Origin: Vulcanimicrobiota bacterium
GTDB lineage: Bacteria; Vulcanimicrobiota; Vulcanimicrobiia; Vulcanimicrobiales; Vulcanimicrobiaceae
Direction of reading: 5' to 3'
Length of the DNA stretch: 15,960 nt
Assembly (NCBI GenBank): GCA_003135555.1
Contig: PLCF01000098.1
Span: 11,121 to 27,080 of the forward strand
The first letter of the stretch is position 1; each line of letters begins with the position of its first letter. Shown piece after piece: positions 1 through 7,936 of this stretch. The translations under genes were made by a program, and so were the position numbers. The notes beneath the pieces were generated by a model that searched no databases, was not told the DNA's origin, and was given only the letters and a program-made list of their open reading frames with translations.

Positions 1-335
1 CCGAACTCGGCGGCCGAGCCGGCGGTAAACAAGACGTAGACGAGCAGTAGGGCCCAGCCCGACAGCCGACCCGCGAACGGCCCGAGGCCGCGCGCGTTGA
101 ACTCGCCGACCGACGCCGGGCTCGCATAGACGCGGGCGAACGTGACGAAAGCGAACGCGACGCAGGCGATCGTCGCGAACGCCAGCACGAAGGCGAGCGG
201 GACCGCCCCATGCGCATACGATGCCGCGAGCGCGCCGTTAAGCGCCATCGCCGCCGTCGGCGCCATCATCGCCACCGAGACGCCGGCGGTTTCGAAGAGG
301 CCGAGCGCGCGCCTCAGGCGCCTGTCGCCGCTCAC
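1..335 (-). CDS. APC-family amino acid/amine permease, N-terminal part (runs off the window edge)
   Basis: Not in the ORF track; translated by hand from GTG at 335: MSGDRRLRRALGLFETAGVSVAMMAPTAAMALNGALAASYAHGAVPLAFVLAFATIACVAFAFVTFARVYASPASVGEFNARGLGPFAGRLSGWALLLVY... This matches the APC TM1-3 pattern (LRRxLG, GLG..G...GW). The GTG overlaps the acetamidase TGA (GTGA). Confidence 0.85.
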   Translation of the reverse strand, partial: MSGDRRLRRALGLFETAGVSVAMMAPTAAMALNGALAASYAHGAVPLAFVLAFATIACVAFAFVTFARVYASPASVGEFNARGLGPFAGRLSGWALLLVYVLFTAGSAAEF

Positions 336-1240
336 GCCAGAAGCGCGGCGTCGATATGCAGCGAGACGACCCAGTTCGGAGCGTCGACCACTTCGCTGAT
401 CTTCAAATCGGCCGCGACGCTGGCCAGCAGGTAGGCATCGATCTCCGATAGCGTCGTGCGGCGAACGATCTCGGCGATCATCGCATTGGTCGCGTCGCGT
501 GCCGCCGCGAACAGATCAGGCCCGATGCCGGTCGTCACCAAGGCGCGCCCCGTGCGCTGCGCACGCGCGTCGGTCACGAGCATCGGCGCGGGCAGCGGGC
601 GGTCCCGTTCGAGGGTTACCCGCAACGTTGCGACCGCCGTCGTTTCGATCGCCGTGCCGCACACTTCACCGTCGCCCTGGGCGGCGTGAGCGTCGCCGAG
701 CGAGAGCAGCGCCCCCTCGACGGCGACCGGAAAGAACATGGTCGCGCCCGCCCCGGCATGGCGAATGTCCATGTTCCCGCCGTTGCGCGTGGGCGGGATC
801 ACCGAGAACGCGCCGGCTTCGGCCGGCGCGACGCCGATCGTGCCGATCATCGGGACGCTCCGCAGCTGCATCCCCGCGAAGAGTTCCACGCGACCGTCCG
901 CGATGCGCGAGATGCGCAACGCCGGCTCCGCAAAACGGTCGGCTAGCAGGCCGAACCCCGGAATGTTCGCCGTCCAGCCCCACTCGTCGACGTCGAGTTC
1001 GAGGATCTCGACGACGAGGGCGTCGCCCGGCCGCGCGCCCTCGACGAAGATCGGGCCCGTGACCGGGTTGACGCGGGCGAAATCCAGCGTCGCAAGCGCG
1101 CTCGCGTCGGAATCGGCGTGCAGCTGGCCACCGGAAGCGTTTTCGAGTTCGACGACGAGCGAGTCGCCGGGCGCGATACGGGCAACAGGCGCGATGGACC
1201 GATCCCAGACGTTATGGGTCTGCGTGCGCTTGATGTGCAT
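332..1240 (-). CDS. Acetamidase/formamidase family protein (FmdA/AmdA)
   Basis: Motifs HNVWD..IAPV, NPVTGPIFVEGARPGD, GGNMD, GDAHAAQGDGEVCGTAIE and AYLLAS..ADL.I.EVVD are characteristic of the family. Confidence 0.93.
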   Translation of the reverse strand: MHIKRTQTHNVWDRSIAPVARIAPGDSLVVELENASGGQLHADSDASALATLDFARVNPVTGPIFVEGARPGDALVVEILELDVDEWGWTANIPGFGLLADRFAEPALRISRIADGRVELFAGMQLRSVPMIGTIGVAPAEAGAFSVIPPTRNGGNMDIRHAGAGATMFFPVAVEGALLSLGDAHAAQGDGEVCGTAIETTAVATLRVTLERDRPLPAPMLVTDARAQRTGRALVTTGIGPDLFAAARDATNAMIAEIVRRTTLSEIDAYLLASVAADLKISEVVDAPNWVVSLHIDAALLA

Positions 1241-1274
1241 GCGCTCGCCTTCGGTCAGTTGCCGTCATGGCCAT
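1166..1274. repeat. Repeat A copy 1 (first 25 codons and leader of the acetamidase gene)
   Basis: Hand alignment with 4031-4140: 95/110 identical columns, direct orientation. Confidence 0.95.
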
Positions 1275-1289
1275 CCCGTTCACGATGCT

Positions 1290-3710
1290 CTACGTCGGAC
1301 CGTTATCCGCGTAGCGAATGACAAACCGCGCTTTTTCAAATGTCTGGACGTTCAACCGTCCCGAGAATGTGTACGCCGTCTCACCGTCTCGACCGCTGCG
1401 TTCTAGCGATGTCGTCTCCGACCAGGTCTCGATATACCGGTGATTCTGATCGAAGAAGGCGAAGCTGAATCGGACGCGGCATGTCGAACCGCCCGCGCTT
1501 ACGGCGCTCCCCACGACTGCGACGACTCTCAGCGAAACAGTGTTGTCGGGAGACCGTTCGGCGATGAGTTGCTCCCACGTTACCTGGCAATTCCTGCCAA
1601 CCGCCCAGTGACCGTCGCTTGACGGCCAAACGGAGAACGCCGCATCCCCCGCTAGTGGCACGACAGGCTTGACCCAAAGTGGGTACCACGAGCTATCCGC
1701 GGCGTTGGACTCTACGGCGTCCACCTTCACAGCCGCATGAGTGATGAATGGTATTGACATCACGGACTGCAGCGCCGCGCGGGCATCGGGGCCGGCATCC
1801 AAGGCCTGGAAGGCTTCGTAAGCGGCAAGTTTCGAATATTCGTCGGCTAAGAGTCGCGAGGCGGGGGACCCGACCGCTATGAGTTGCTTAACAGCGCTTC
1901 GATACGCGCTCGCGGCAGACGAAACTTGCGACAGGTTGGCATAGGCGTCTCCTAAACTGTCCTCAGCCTGCGCGATGCGCAAGGGCGAGCGGAGACCTTG
2001 ATGTTCCGAGAGACGAACGCGGTCCGTCGCGTACTCAAGGGCTGCCGTATAATCGCCGACATTCGACGCCGCCTGCTGAAGATCGGAGTATGCCGCCTCC
2101 AAGCGTGCCGCAGCACCCGACATCCCGAGGGCTTTCAGAACCCTGAAGGCCGTCTCGTAGTCCAGCTTCGCGTCGGCGTCGCGTTGATAGGCGGTATAAA
2201 TTTGGGCACGCTGTTGCAGCAGCCGTGCCGCAGTGCTCGAATCTGTCAAGCCACCATGCCGCAAGTTGGCCAGTGCCGCATTGACGACGTCAAGCGGGCG
2301 AGTCTTGTCCCAGAACTGGCCCCACTTCAGTATCACGCGCACATAGTCGACCGTAGCCGATGCGACGCGTTCATTATCGTCATTCCCCGTGATGGAACGC
2401 CACTGAAGGACGGCGTCGCGAGCGTACTCGAGCGCAATGTAAAATCGATCGGATTCGTAGTACCCGGTCGCCAGGTCTTGGTAGAGCGCGGCCAGGCGCG
2501 TCGATCGCCCGGCAGGATACGCCGTCTTTGCGAAATCGAGAGCGCGAAGATCGTGCGCAAGCTCGCCGTTCCAGTCATGAAGGTCAGAGCTCAGCGACCC
2601 GAGGTTTTCCTCGAGTTGCATCTGGGCGACGGGGTCGTGAACTCGGGCGGCGATAGTGACGCCGTGCTGATAGGCGGCGTTCGCCTCGTTTACGCGTCCG
2701 AGTTCCTGAAGAGAACCGCCATATATCCGGTCGGCCTCCGCGTGCGCTGCTTGCAAGCCGAGCGGATCCGCTCGCTGCCAGATCGCTATTGCGCGACTAG
2801 CATTTTGGAAGAAGGCGTCCGTCCGCCCCTGCAAACGGTAAATGTCCGCGATCTGGTCATAGGACTCGGCCACGGTGCGATCACCAAGCATCGCTTGGCG
2901 CAGCATTGCATTGGACAGCCGTCGTTGCCCGATGTCCTGCGCTCTCGCATAGATTCCCTCGTCCGCATACAAGTCCGAGAGCGATGTCAGCGCAGCATCG
3001 ATCCGGTCAGCATCGTGCGATGCCTCGGCAGCGCTCAGTTGTGCATTAAAATAGGAGGCGGCGCCGGCCAATGTGCCCCAGGTCCGAAGGTATTCTCCCT
3101 CGTCGACGGCGTATGCGCGGGACTTGCTCGTCTTACTTGAGATCTGGTCGACGAGCTTAACACCGTGAATGACTCGCTGGTCTGCCGGGAGATAGAGTGT
3201 AACCGTGCGGATTATGTTGACGACGCCGCGCGCGCAAGTAAATCGTACGTCGTTCCTTTTCGCATCAACCTTGAACGCTGTTCCGCGCACTGAGGCGGTA
3301 AATTGGCGAAAGTTTACCGTGAAGAAGTCGAGGGCGTGCGGGACGACGTCGAACTCGGCGCTGCCGGTCTTGAGAGCCGCCGCAACGCCGGTGCTCGTCG
3401 TCGAGATCAAGGTGAGATTCGAACCTGGGTGTACTGTGATCGTCGATTTATTGTCGGAACGCGAGATCACGACCGCAATGCCGACGGGTGCTTGGATCTG
3501 AGTACCATCCGGTAAAGGATCGCCGACCTTCGGCTTCGGGTAAAGTGGCTTCCCATTGGTGACGAACGTCACGAGCAGTGCCGCGTTGGGCTTTGGACGT
3601 CCGTTCTCGAGCACGCTAGCGAGGATGTGTCGAGGGACGGCAGCAGCGGCGCTCGTCGGCAGGAACGCTAGAATCGCGGCTAGCGGAAGAAGCCTCAACC
3701 ACAAGTTCAC
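1290..3710 (-). CDS. Secreted FecR-like beta domain + tetratricopeptide repeat protein with an unassigned C-terminal domain
   Basis: Probable start is GTG 3710, giving a signal peptide (MNLWLRLLPLAAILAFLPTSAAAA); the track start at 3848 adds a non-protein-like extension. FecR-like pattern (VGD.L..G..I, L..G...F.V, ASVRGTAFKV), then many TPR-like helical pairs (LTSLSDLYADEGIYARA, LGDAYANLSQVSSAASAYRSA). GC is lower than the neighbouring acetamidase gene. Confidence 0.75.
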   Translation of the reverse strand: MNLWLRLLPLAAILAFLPTSAAAAVPRHILASVLENGRPKPNAALLVTFVTNGKPLYPKPKVGDPLPDGTQIQAPVGIAVVISRSDNKSTITVHPGSNLTLISTTSTGVAAALKTGSAEFDVVPHALDFFTVNFRQFTASVRGTAFKVDAKRNDVRFTCARGVVNIIRTVTLYLPADQRVIHGVKLVDQISSKTSKSRAYAVDEGEYLRTWGTLAGAASYFNAQLSAAEASHDADRIDAALTSLSDLYADEGIYARAQDIGQRRLSNAMLRQAMLGDRTVAESYDQIADIYRLQGRTDAFFQNASRAIAIWQRADPLGLQAAHAEADRIYGGSLQELGRVNEANAAYQHGVTIAARVHDPVAQMQLEENLGSLSSDLHDWNGELAHDLRALDFAKTAYPAGRSTRLAALYQDLATGYYESDRFYIALEYARDAVLQWRSITGNDDNERVASATVDYVRVILKWGQFWDKTRPLDVVNAALANLRHGGLTDSSTAARLLQQRAQIYTAYQRDADAKLDYETAFRVLKALGMSGAAARLEAAYSDLQQAASNVGDYTAALEYATDRVRLSEHQGLRSPLRIAQAEDSLGDAYANLSQVSSAASAYRSAVKQLIAVGSPASRLLADEYSKLAAYEAFQALDAGPDARAALQSVMSIPFITHAAVKVDAVESNAADSSWYPLWVKPVVPLAGDAAFSVWPSSDGHWAVGRNCQVTWEQLIAERSPDNTVSLRVVAVVGSAVSAGGSTCRVRFSFAFFDQNHRYIETWSETTSLERSGRDGETAYTFSGRLNVQTFEKARFVIRYADNGPT

Positions 3711-3966
3711 CCGTGCGACTGGCGACGTATAATGCTGAGGATTACCTCCAACATCGAAGCGCGCTGTCGGTGCCGCGCGGGTCCGCGCTACTGTTGGCAG
3801 CCTCGGCCAGGGGTGTCTACGCATCAACGTCCACAGCACGCGTTCCAAATCTTGTCCCGGCGCGAAGTCAGGCGCTCGTTCGGCGGGCGGCGCTTCCTCG
3901 CCTTGTCGATCGGTTCACCTCCGCGCACCGCTCGACATTGGAGGGTGCGGCGCCGCTGGGACATCC

Positions 3967-4027
3967 TTAATCGATCCTGTGCGCTTCCTGGTAGTTCAAG
4001 AAACCCAGCGAGTGCACGGGTTCCGGA
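3967..4027 (-). pseudogene. Repeat B' - remnant of the 3' end of the DUF5069-like gene
   Basis: 53/61 nt identical to 5034-5094. Encodes PEPVHSLGFLNYQEAHRID* versus intact PELVYSLDFLDYQEAHGLD*. Confidence 0.92.
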
Positions 4028-4030
4028 GAA

Positions 4031-4140
4031 GCCGGGCGCGATACGGGCAACGGGCGCGATGGAGCGGTCTCAGACGCTATGCGTTCTGCGTCCGCTTGAT
4101 GTGCATAGGCTCGGCTTCGGTCAGGTGCGGGCGTGGCCAT
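4031..4140 (-). pseudogene. Repeat A' - remnant of the acetamidase 5' end and leader
   Basis: 95/110 identity to 1166-1274. Keeps ATG CAC ATC AAG but has a 1-nt insertion and a TGG>TGA nonsense change. Abuts B' with only 3 nt (gaa) between. Confidence 0.92.
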
Positions 4141-4162
4141 GCCCAGGCCCGAAGGAGGCATC

Positions 4163-4975
4163 GTGAACGAGGCCTACGTGCACGGCTACAATCTTCGCGC
4201 CTATGAACGCCTGCAAGATCAGGCTGCTGCGCTCGTCGAGCTCCTGCACGCCGACACCGCGTACCCGTCAGGGAGCCTGGTGCTCGAGGTGGGGTGCGGC
4301 GTCGGGGCCCAGACCGTCACGCTCGCTGTGCGCAGTCCCCTCGCGCAATTCACGTCGATCGATATCTCCGCCGATTCGCTCGCAAAGGCCGAGCAGGCAA
4401 CGGACGCCGCCGGCATCGCCAACGTGCGCTTCCGGCAGGCGGACATATTCGCCCTACCCTTCGCCCCCGCGTCCTTCGATCACGTTTTCGTCTGCTTCGT
4501 GCTGGAGCACGTGTTGCGGCCGGTTGAGGCGTTGAAGACCCTCCAGAACGTGCTCAAACCGGGCGGGACCATGACGGTCATCGAGGGTGACCACGGATCG
4601 GCGTACTTTCACCCCGACAGCGACGCCGCACGAACGGCAATCCGCTGCCAAGTCGAGCTACAACGGTTGGCGGGAGGCAACGCGTTGATCGGCCGGGAGC
4701 TCTACCCGCGGATGGTCGAGGCGGGCTTCGAGCGCGTTCGCGTGTCTCCGCGCATGGCGTACGTGGATTCGAGTCGGCCCGACCTGGTCGACGCGTTCAC
4801 CAAGAAAACGTTCACCGCGATGATCGAGGGCGTTCGCGACGCGGTGATCGACGCCGGTCTCACCGATCCCGCGACCTTTGACGCGGGCATCCGAGATCTC
4901 TACCGAACTGCTGAGGCGGACGGCGTCTTCTGCTACACCTTCTTCAAGGGAGTGGGCACGAAACCGCAACCCTGA
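4163..4975 (+). CDS. Class I SAM-dependent methyltransferase (UbiE/Methyltransf_31-like)
   Basis: Motif I VLEVGCGVG, acidic IDIS, ADIFALPFAPASFDHV, LKPGG. Shine-Dalgarno GAAGGAGG lies just before GTG 4163, preferred over the track start 4133. Confidence 0.92.
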   Translation: MNEAYVHGYNLRAYERLQDQAAALVELLHADTAYPSGSLVLEVGCGVGAQTVTLAVRSPLAQFTSIDISADSLAKAEQATDAAGIANVRFRQADIFALPFAPASFDHVFVCFVLEHVLRPVEALKTLQNVLKPGGTMTVIEGDHGSAYFHPDSDAARTAIRCQVELQRLAGGNALIGRELYPRMVEAGFERVRVSPRMAYVDSSRPDLVDAFTKKTFTAMIEGVRDAVIDAGLTDPATFDAGIRDLYRTAEADGVFCYTFFKGVGTKPQP

Positions 4976-5033
4976 CGCCTGCGTCTGACGCGCTCTCACG
5001 GTGCCGGCGACCGGACGAACATGCGGCCCCTCT

Positions 5034-5094
5034 TTAGTCGAGCCCGTGCGCTTCCTGGTAGTCCAAGAAATCCAGCGAGTACACGAGTTCGGGA
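5034..5094. repeat. Repeat B (3' end of the DUF5069-like gene)
   Basis: Direct repeat of 3967-4027, 53/61 identical. Confidence 0.92.
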
Positions 5095-5450
5095 TGATCT
5101 GCGAGGTACGGATAGTCGGCGATCGCCTCGGCGCGGTCGCCGTTGTAGATCTCGCGGTTGTTGGCTAAGTGGATCCACGCATCGACGCCGCCCGGGGTCG
5201 CGTGCGACCGCACCCACGCTCCGACGTCATCGTCGGTCGCCGCGTCGCGAACCGCTGCGACGAAGTCGTCGACCACGATGCCGAAATTCTTCAACATCGT
5301 TTCGGTGAAGCCGGGGATCGTGTAGTCGCCCAGGTTGCCCCCCGGCAGCATAGCCCGCGCCTTATCGATCGAGCGGGGCAGGAAGACGATGCCGGCAACG
5401 GCGTCGCGCGCCTTGCGCGGGCGGCCGGCGGTGAGATCGAGCGGCGTCAT
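5034..5450 (-). CDS. DUF5069-like protein
   Basis: From ATG 5450: MTPLDLTAGRPR...AGIVFLPRSIDKARA..G.LGDY...FG....DF...V..A.TDDDV..WV, matching the DUF5069 pattern as I recall it. The N-terminal extension to 5549 looks spurious. Confidence 0.75.
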   Translation of the reverse strand: MTPLDLTAGRPRKARDAVAGIVFLPRSIDKARAMLPGGNLGDYTIPGFTETMLKNFGIVVDDFVAAVRDAATDDDVGAWVRSHATPGGVDAWIHLANNREIYNGDRAEAIADYPYLADHPELVYSLDFLDYQEAHGLD

Positions 5451-5538
5451 ACGAGTCGAGAACCACCTTGCCGGCGCACGGGTTGCCGGACGCCACCTGG
5501 AGGTGAACCGGGAGGGGCCTCGGCGGCGTATGGGGGTC

Positions 5539-5725
5539 GTGAAAGACACAACCGCCGCCGTTGGAAAGCTCCTAACGGTACTTCTCGGCCGGCTTCAACA
5601 TCAAGTCGATCGTCGGCGACGATCTTGCGGAGGGCGAAGCCGCCATATTCAAGCCGGATAGCAACGGGGGCTTCGTGCTGGTCGCGCGCGTCCTGGCGCA
5701 GGATTGGGCCAAGCTCGGCACCTGA
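5539..5725 (+). pseudogene. Small hypothetical gene split by a frameshift near 5587
   Basis: GTG 5539 frame reads MKDTTAAVGKLLTVLL. After one extra G (5587) the +1 frame reads AGFNIKSIVGDDLAEGEAAIFKPDSNGGFVLVARVLAQDWAKLGT* with GC-rich third positions. Confidence 0.5.
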
Positions 5726-5741
5726 ACTCTTGCCCCTCGCT

Positions 5742-5900
5742 TCAGCGGCGGCGACGCCGCGAGAGCCACGCCGAGAGACGGACGAGTCCGGAGAGGATCG
5801 CGACGGCGATAGCCAGTCCGATCACGACCAGGAGCGGCTGTTCCCACCACGGCATCCCAGCGCACACGTCGCAGTAGCGGGAGCCGAGTAGCGCCGGCAT
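5742..5900 (-). CDS. 52-aa single-TM small protein with an N-terminal CxxC
   Basis: Hand translation MPALLGSRYCDVCAGMPWWEQPLLVVIGLAIAVAILSGLVRLSAWLSRRRRR*: hydrophobic helix followed by a positive-inside Arg tail. Confidence 0.6.
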   Translation of the reverse strand: MPALLGSRYCDVCAGMPWWEQPLLVVIGLAIAVAILSGLVRLSAWLSRRRRR

Positions 5901-5938
5901 GTCGCAGCGTTTCGCCGGGTGGGCCGGACCAATCCCGT

Positions 5939-6088
5939 TTACTTCGGATCCAAAACTCGCGGACGCTCGTCCAGAAGGCGAACCGCTCTTCGGGTGGACT
6001 CCAGCAGCAAGCTTAGTGCTGCGGTGAGCTGCAAGAGGCGACTCTCGGTTTGCTCCGCTTGTTCGATGTCTCCGACGGCAACGCTCAC
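5939..6088 (-). CDS. 49-aa helical hypothetical protein, possibly leaderless
   Basis: MSVAVGDIEQAEQTESRLLQLTAALSLLLESTRRAVRLLDERPRVLDPK* from GTG 6088; amphipathic helix pattern; an ECF-like promoter lies immediately upstream. Confidence 0.5.
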   Translation of the reverse strand: MSVAVGDIEQAEQTESRLLQLTAALSLLLESTRRAVRLLDERPRVLDPK

Positions 6089-6093
6089 TTGAT

Positions 6094-6118
6094 GACGCAC
6101 CAGGACAACGACGATTCC
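6094..6118 (-). promoter_or_regulatory. Putative ECF sigma-factor promoter
   Basis: Minus strand GGAAT-N16-CGTC, ending 5 nt before GTG 6088; fits the GGAA(C/T)-N16/17-CGT(C/T) ECF consensus. Confidence 0.45.
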
Positions 6119-6126
6119 GACGATGA

Positions 6127-6176
6127 CGGGTCGAGCTGCGAATTCCGGCCGCACCCTGGGCCGCTTCCGCCTGACC
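6127..6176. repeat. Repeat C copy 1 (left flank of the defence-like operon)
   Basis: CGGGTCGAG(C/T)TGCGAATTCCGGCCGCACCCTGGGC is 34/35 identical to 11017-11051, and 46/50 over the extended span. Confidence 0.95.
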
Positions 6177-6197
6177 CTCGCCCGGCGTTGAGGTCGC

Positions 6198-6758
6198 CTA
6201 GCGAGCGGGTTCGTGGTCCTCGAGAATCGGCACCGACTCAACGCGAATTCCGCGAACGCGTGCAGCCTCCACGAAATCGGCCGTGTAGTCCGTTCGGCCG
6301 CTGAGCGGGCCGTCCCACACCGCGATCGCGAGCGTGCTGGCCGAATCGCCGTTGCTCAGCGACACCGCCTTGTCGAGGATCGCCGCATTCGTCGCCGGAT
6401 ACGCGTTGTCGTCGTCCACCGACAGCCCGAGTATGGAGAGTCGCCCCAGTTCTTCGGCCTGCTCGACGGCCGTGTCGAATAGGGCTCCCCACTCCTCCCC
6501 GCGATCGACCACCGACGACCGGCGAAACTCTGCCACCGCGTACGGCAGCACGACCCACGCGTCGATCCCGCACCGCTGCGCGACGCCGAGCGCGACGAGG
6601 TCGGCGCCGCAGGCCGCCGCGCAAACGAGGGCCGAGCAGCCGGCGTCGCGCAAAACCGCCTCAACGCGCTCCTCGACCGCCGCCACGAGGCGTCGCGGGA
6701 AACGCGCTTGGGCGGCATCCGCGGCATCGACGCGGCGCCCGGCGAGGCCGGCGGTCAC
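6198..6758 (-). CDS. Stand-alone SLOG (SMF/DprA-LOG, YspA-like) domain protein
   Basis: Rossmann-like order GLAGRRVD, AACGADL, VVLPY..EF..SV, Y..TN..IL, AIAVWDG, T..FV..AR..G. GTG overlaps the patatin stop (GTGA). Confidence 0.75.
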   Translation of the reverse strand: MTAGLAGRRVDAADAAQARFPRRLVAAVEERVEAVLRDAGCSALVCAAACGADLVALGVAQRCGIDAWVVLPYAVAEFRRSSVVDRGEEWGALFDTAVEQAEELGRLSILGLSVDDDNAYPATNAAILDKAVSLSNGDSASTLAIAVWDGPLSGRTDYTADFVEAARVRGIRVESVPILEDHEPAR

Positions 6759-7936
6759 GCGCCGCCGCGAGTCGGGTCGAACGGCCCCAGATCGGCAATC
6801 TGAATTTGCTTCGCATAGGCCAAGCCGACTTGCTCGAGCTCGGCCACGTGCCGCGGCGAGTCGAGCGGCTGAACGTCCTCCGTCGCGATATCCTTGAGGC
6901 CGAGCTCGTCGAGCCCTTTGCGCGTGAGCTGCGGATTGTACCGGACGTAGGTGAACTTCTTTGGTTGGAACGCGGGCGCGGTGCTGGCCACCTGCCCGTC
7001 TTCGCGCTCGAGAAGATCGCCGATCTCTCCATCGATGCTGTCACCGAACCGGCAGCGCCCGAACACGCGGCAGAGCAGGTCCTGCTCGACGAGCGCCGCG
7101 TCGATGAGCGCCGACGGGATCATGCGCGCATTGTAGAGCAGGGTCATTTGCGACGGCTTCAGATTCGCCGACGCCTGCCCGATCGCGCCCGTCCCGACCG
7201 ACACCAGCAGCAACTGATCCTCGCCGACCGGCCATTCCAGGCGATATTCCGGCAGCGTCGCCATCAAGAACAAGATGAAGGCCGGGTTGTTGTATACGCT
7301 TATCGCGCCGTCGACGAACACGAACTCCTTGGTGCCGACCTGTACCACCGCCGGTGCGAAGTACGTGGGGGCCGCGGTGCTGGCCCGGATCAACTGCCAG
7401 AGCGGGAGCTTCGAGTTGCAGCCGTCCTGATTGGGGTCGTTGTAGCGCGCCTTGGGATTGTTCGACAGCGGCCAGGGGGAGTCGGTGGTGGCGTTTTTCA
7501 TCACCAGAAGGAGTAGCGTTCGCAGGTCGGGATCCCCGAGCTCGCGGTCCTTGCCGACGACGTCACGCAGTTTCGCGGAGAGCAGGCCGTCGACGTTACG
7601 GTAGTACCACTGGCGGAAAAACGGCGCTTTCACGAACATCGCCGTCGCACCCTGAACGAAGAAATCGCGCAGTTGCGCCGTGGACATCCCGAGCGCTATC
7701 CCGGACGCGATGACCGCGCCCGTGCTCGTCCCGCCGACGTAATCGAAGTAGTCGCTCAAGACGAATGACTCGTCGCCGCCGCGGGCCTCGCGGAGGAGCG
7801 CCTCGAGTCGGGCCAAGATCTCGATCGTGATGAGACCGCGGATTCCGCCGCCGTCGAGCGAGAGCATTCGCTTCGGGCCATTCGCCGGAACCTTATGCAG
7901 GAAGCTGTGCGCCGGCGCGCCGTTCGTGTCGCTCAT
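6755..7936 (-). CDS. Patatin-like phospholipase
   Basis: Oxyanion DGGGIRG, nucleophile GTSTG, RASTAAPTYF, catalytic FVDGA..YNNP and LVSVGTG. ATG 7936 overlaps the upstream TGA (ATGA). Confidence 0.93.
   Translation of the reverse strand: MSDTNGAPAHSFLHKVPANGPKRMLSLDGGGIRGLITIEILARLEALLREARGGDESFVLSDYFDYVGGTSTGAVIASGIALGMSTAQLRDFFVQGATAMFVKAPFFRQWYYRNVDGLLSAKLRDVVGKDRELGDPDLRTLLLLVMKNATTDSPWPLSNNPKARYNDPNQDGCNSKLPLWQLIRASTAAPTYFAPAVVQVGTKEFVFVDGAISVYNNPAFILFLMATLPEYRLEWPVGEDQLLLVSVGTGAIGQASANLKPSQMTLLYNARMIPSALIDAALVEQDLLCRVFGRCRFGDSIDGEIGDLLEREDGQVASTAPAFQPKKFTYVRYNPQLTRKGLDELGLKDIATEDVQPLDSPRHVAELEQVGLAYAKQIQIADLGPFDPTRGGA

Noticed and set aside
1998..3140. 380-aa plus-strand ORF and other long antisense or alternate-frame ORFs (8386-9258, 9814-10860, 12508-13401, 5169-5891)
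   Set aside because: Shadow frames of well-supported genes; Arg/Ala/Pro-rich with no motifs, as expected at high GC.
1277..4169. 12-bp inverted match (1277-1288 vs 4158-4169, GCATCGTGAACG) just right of both A copies
   Set aside because: The position is suggestive, but matches of this length are expected by chance in 16 kb of GC-rich DNA and there is no invertase or transposase.
3967..5094. Repeat pairs as DGR template/variable repeats
   Set aside because: Mismatches are not adenine-specific on either strand, many are synonymous, and no reverse transcriptase is present in the window.
3911..5510. 12-bp inverted match GGAGGTGAACCG (3911-3922 minus, 5499-5510 plus)
   Set aside because: Too short, does not extend, and the 3911 copy lacks the CGTA element.
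6755..7936. Calling the patatin capV and the locus CBASS or Thoeris
   Set aside because: No CD-NTase, TIR or Sir2 domain is visible, so no gene symbol was assigned.
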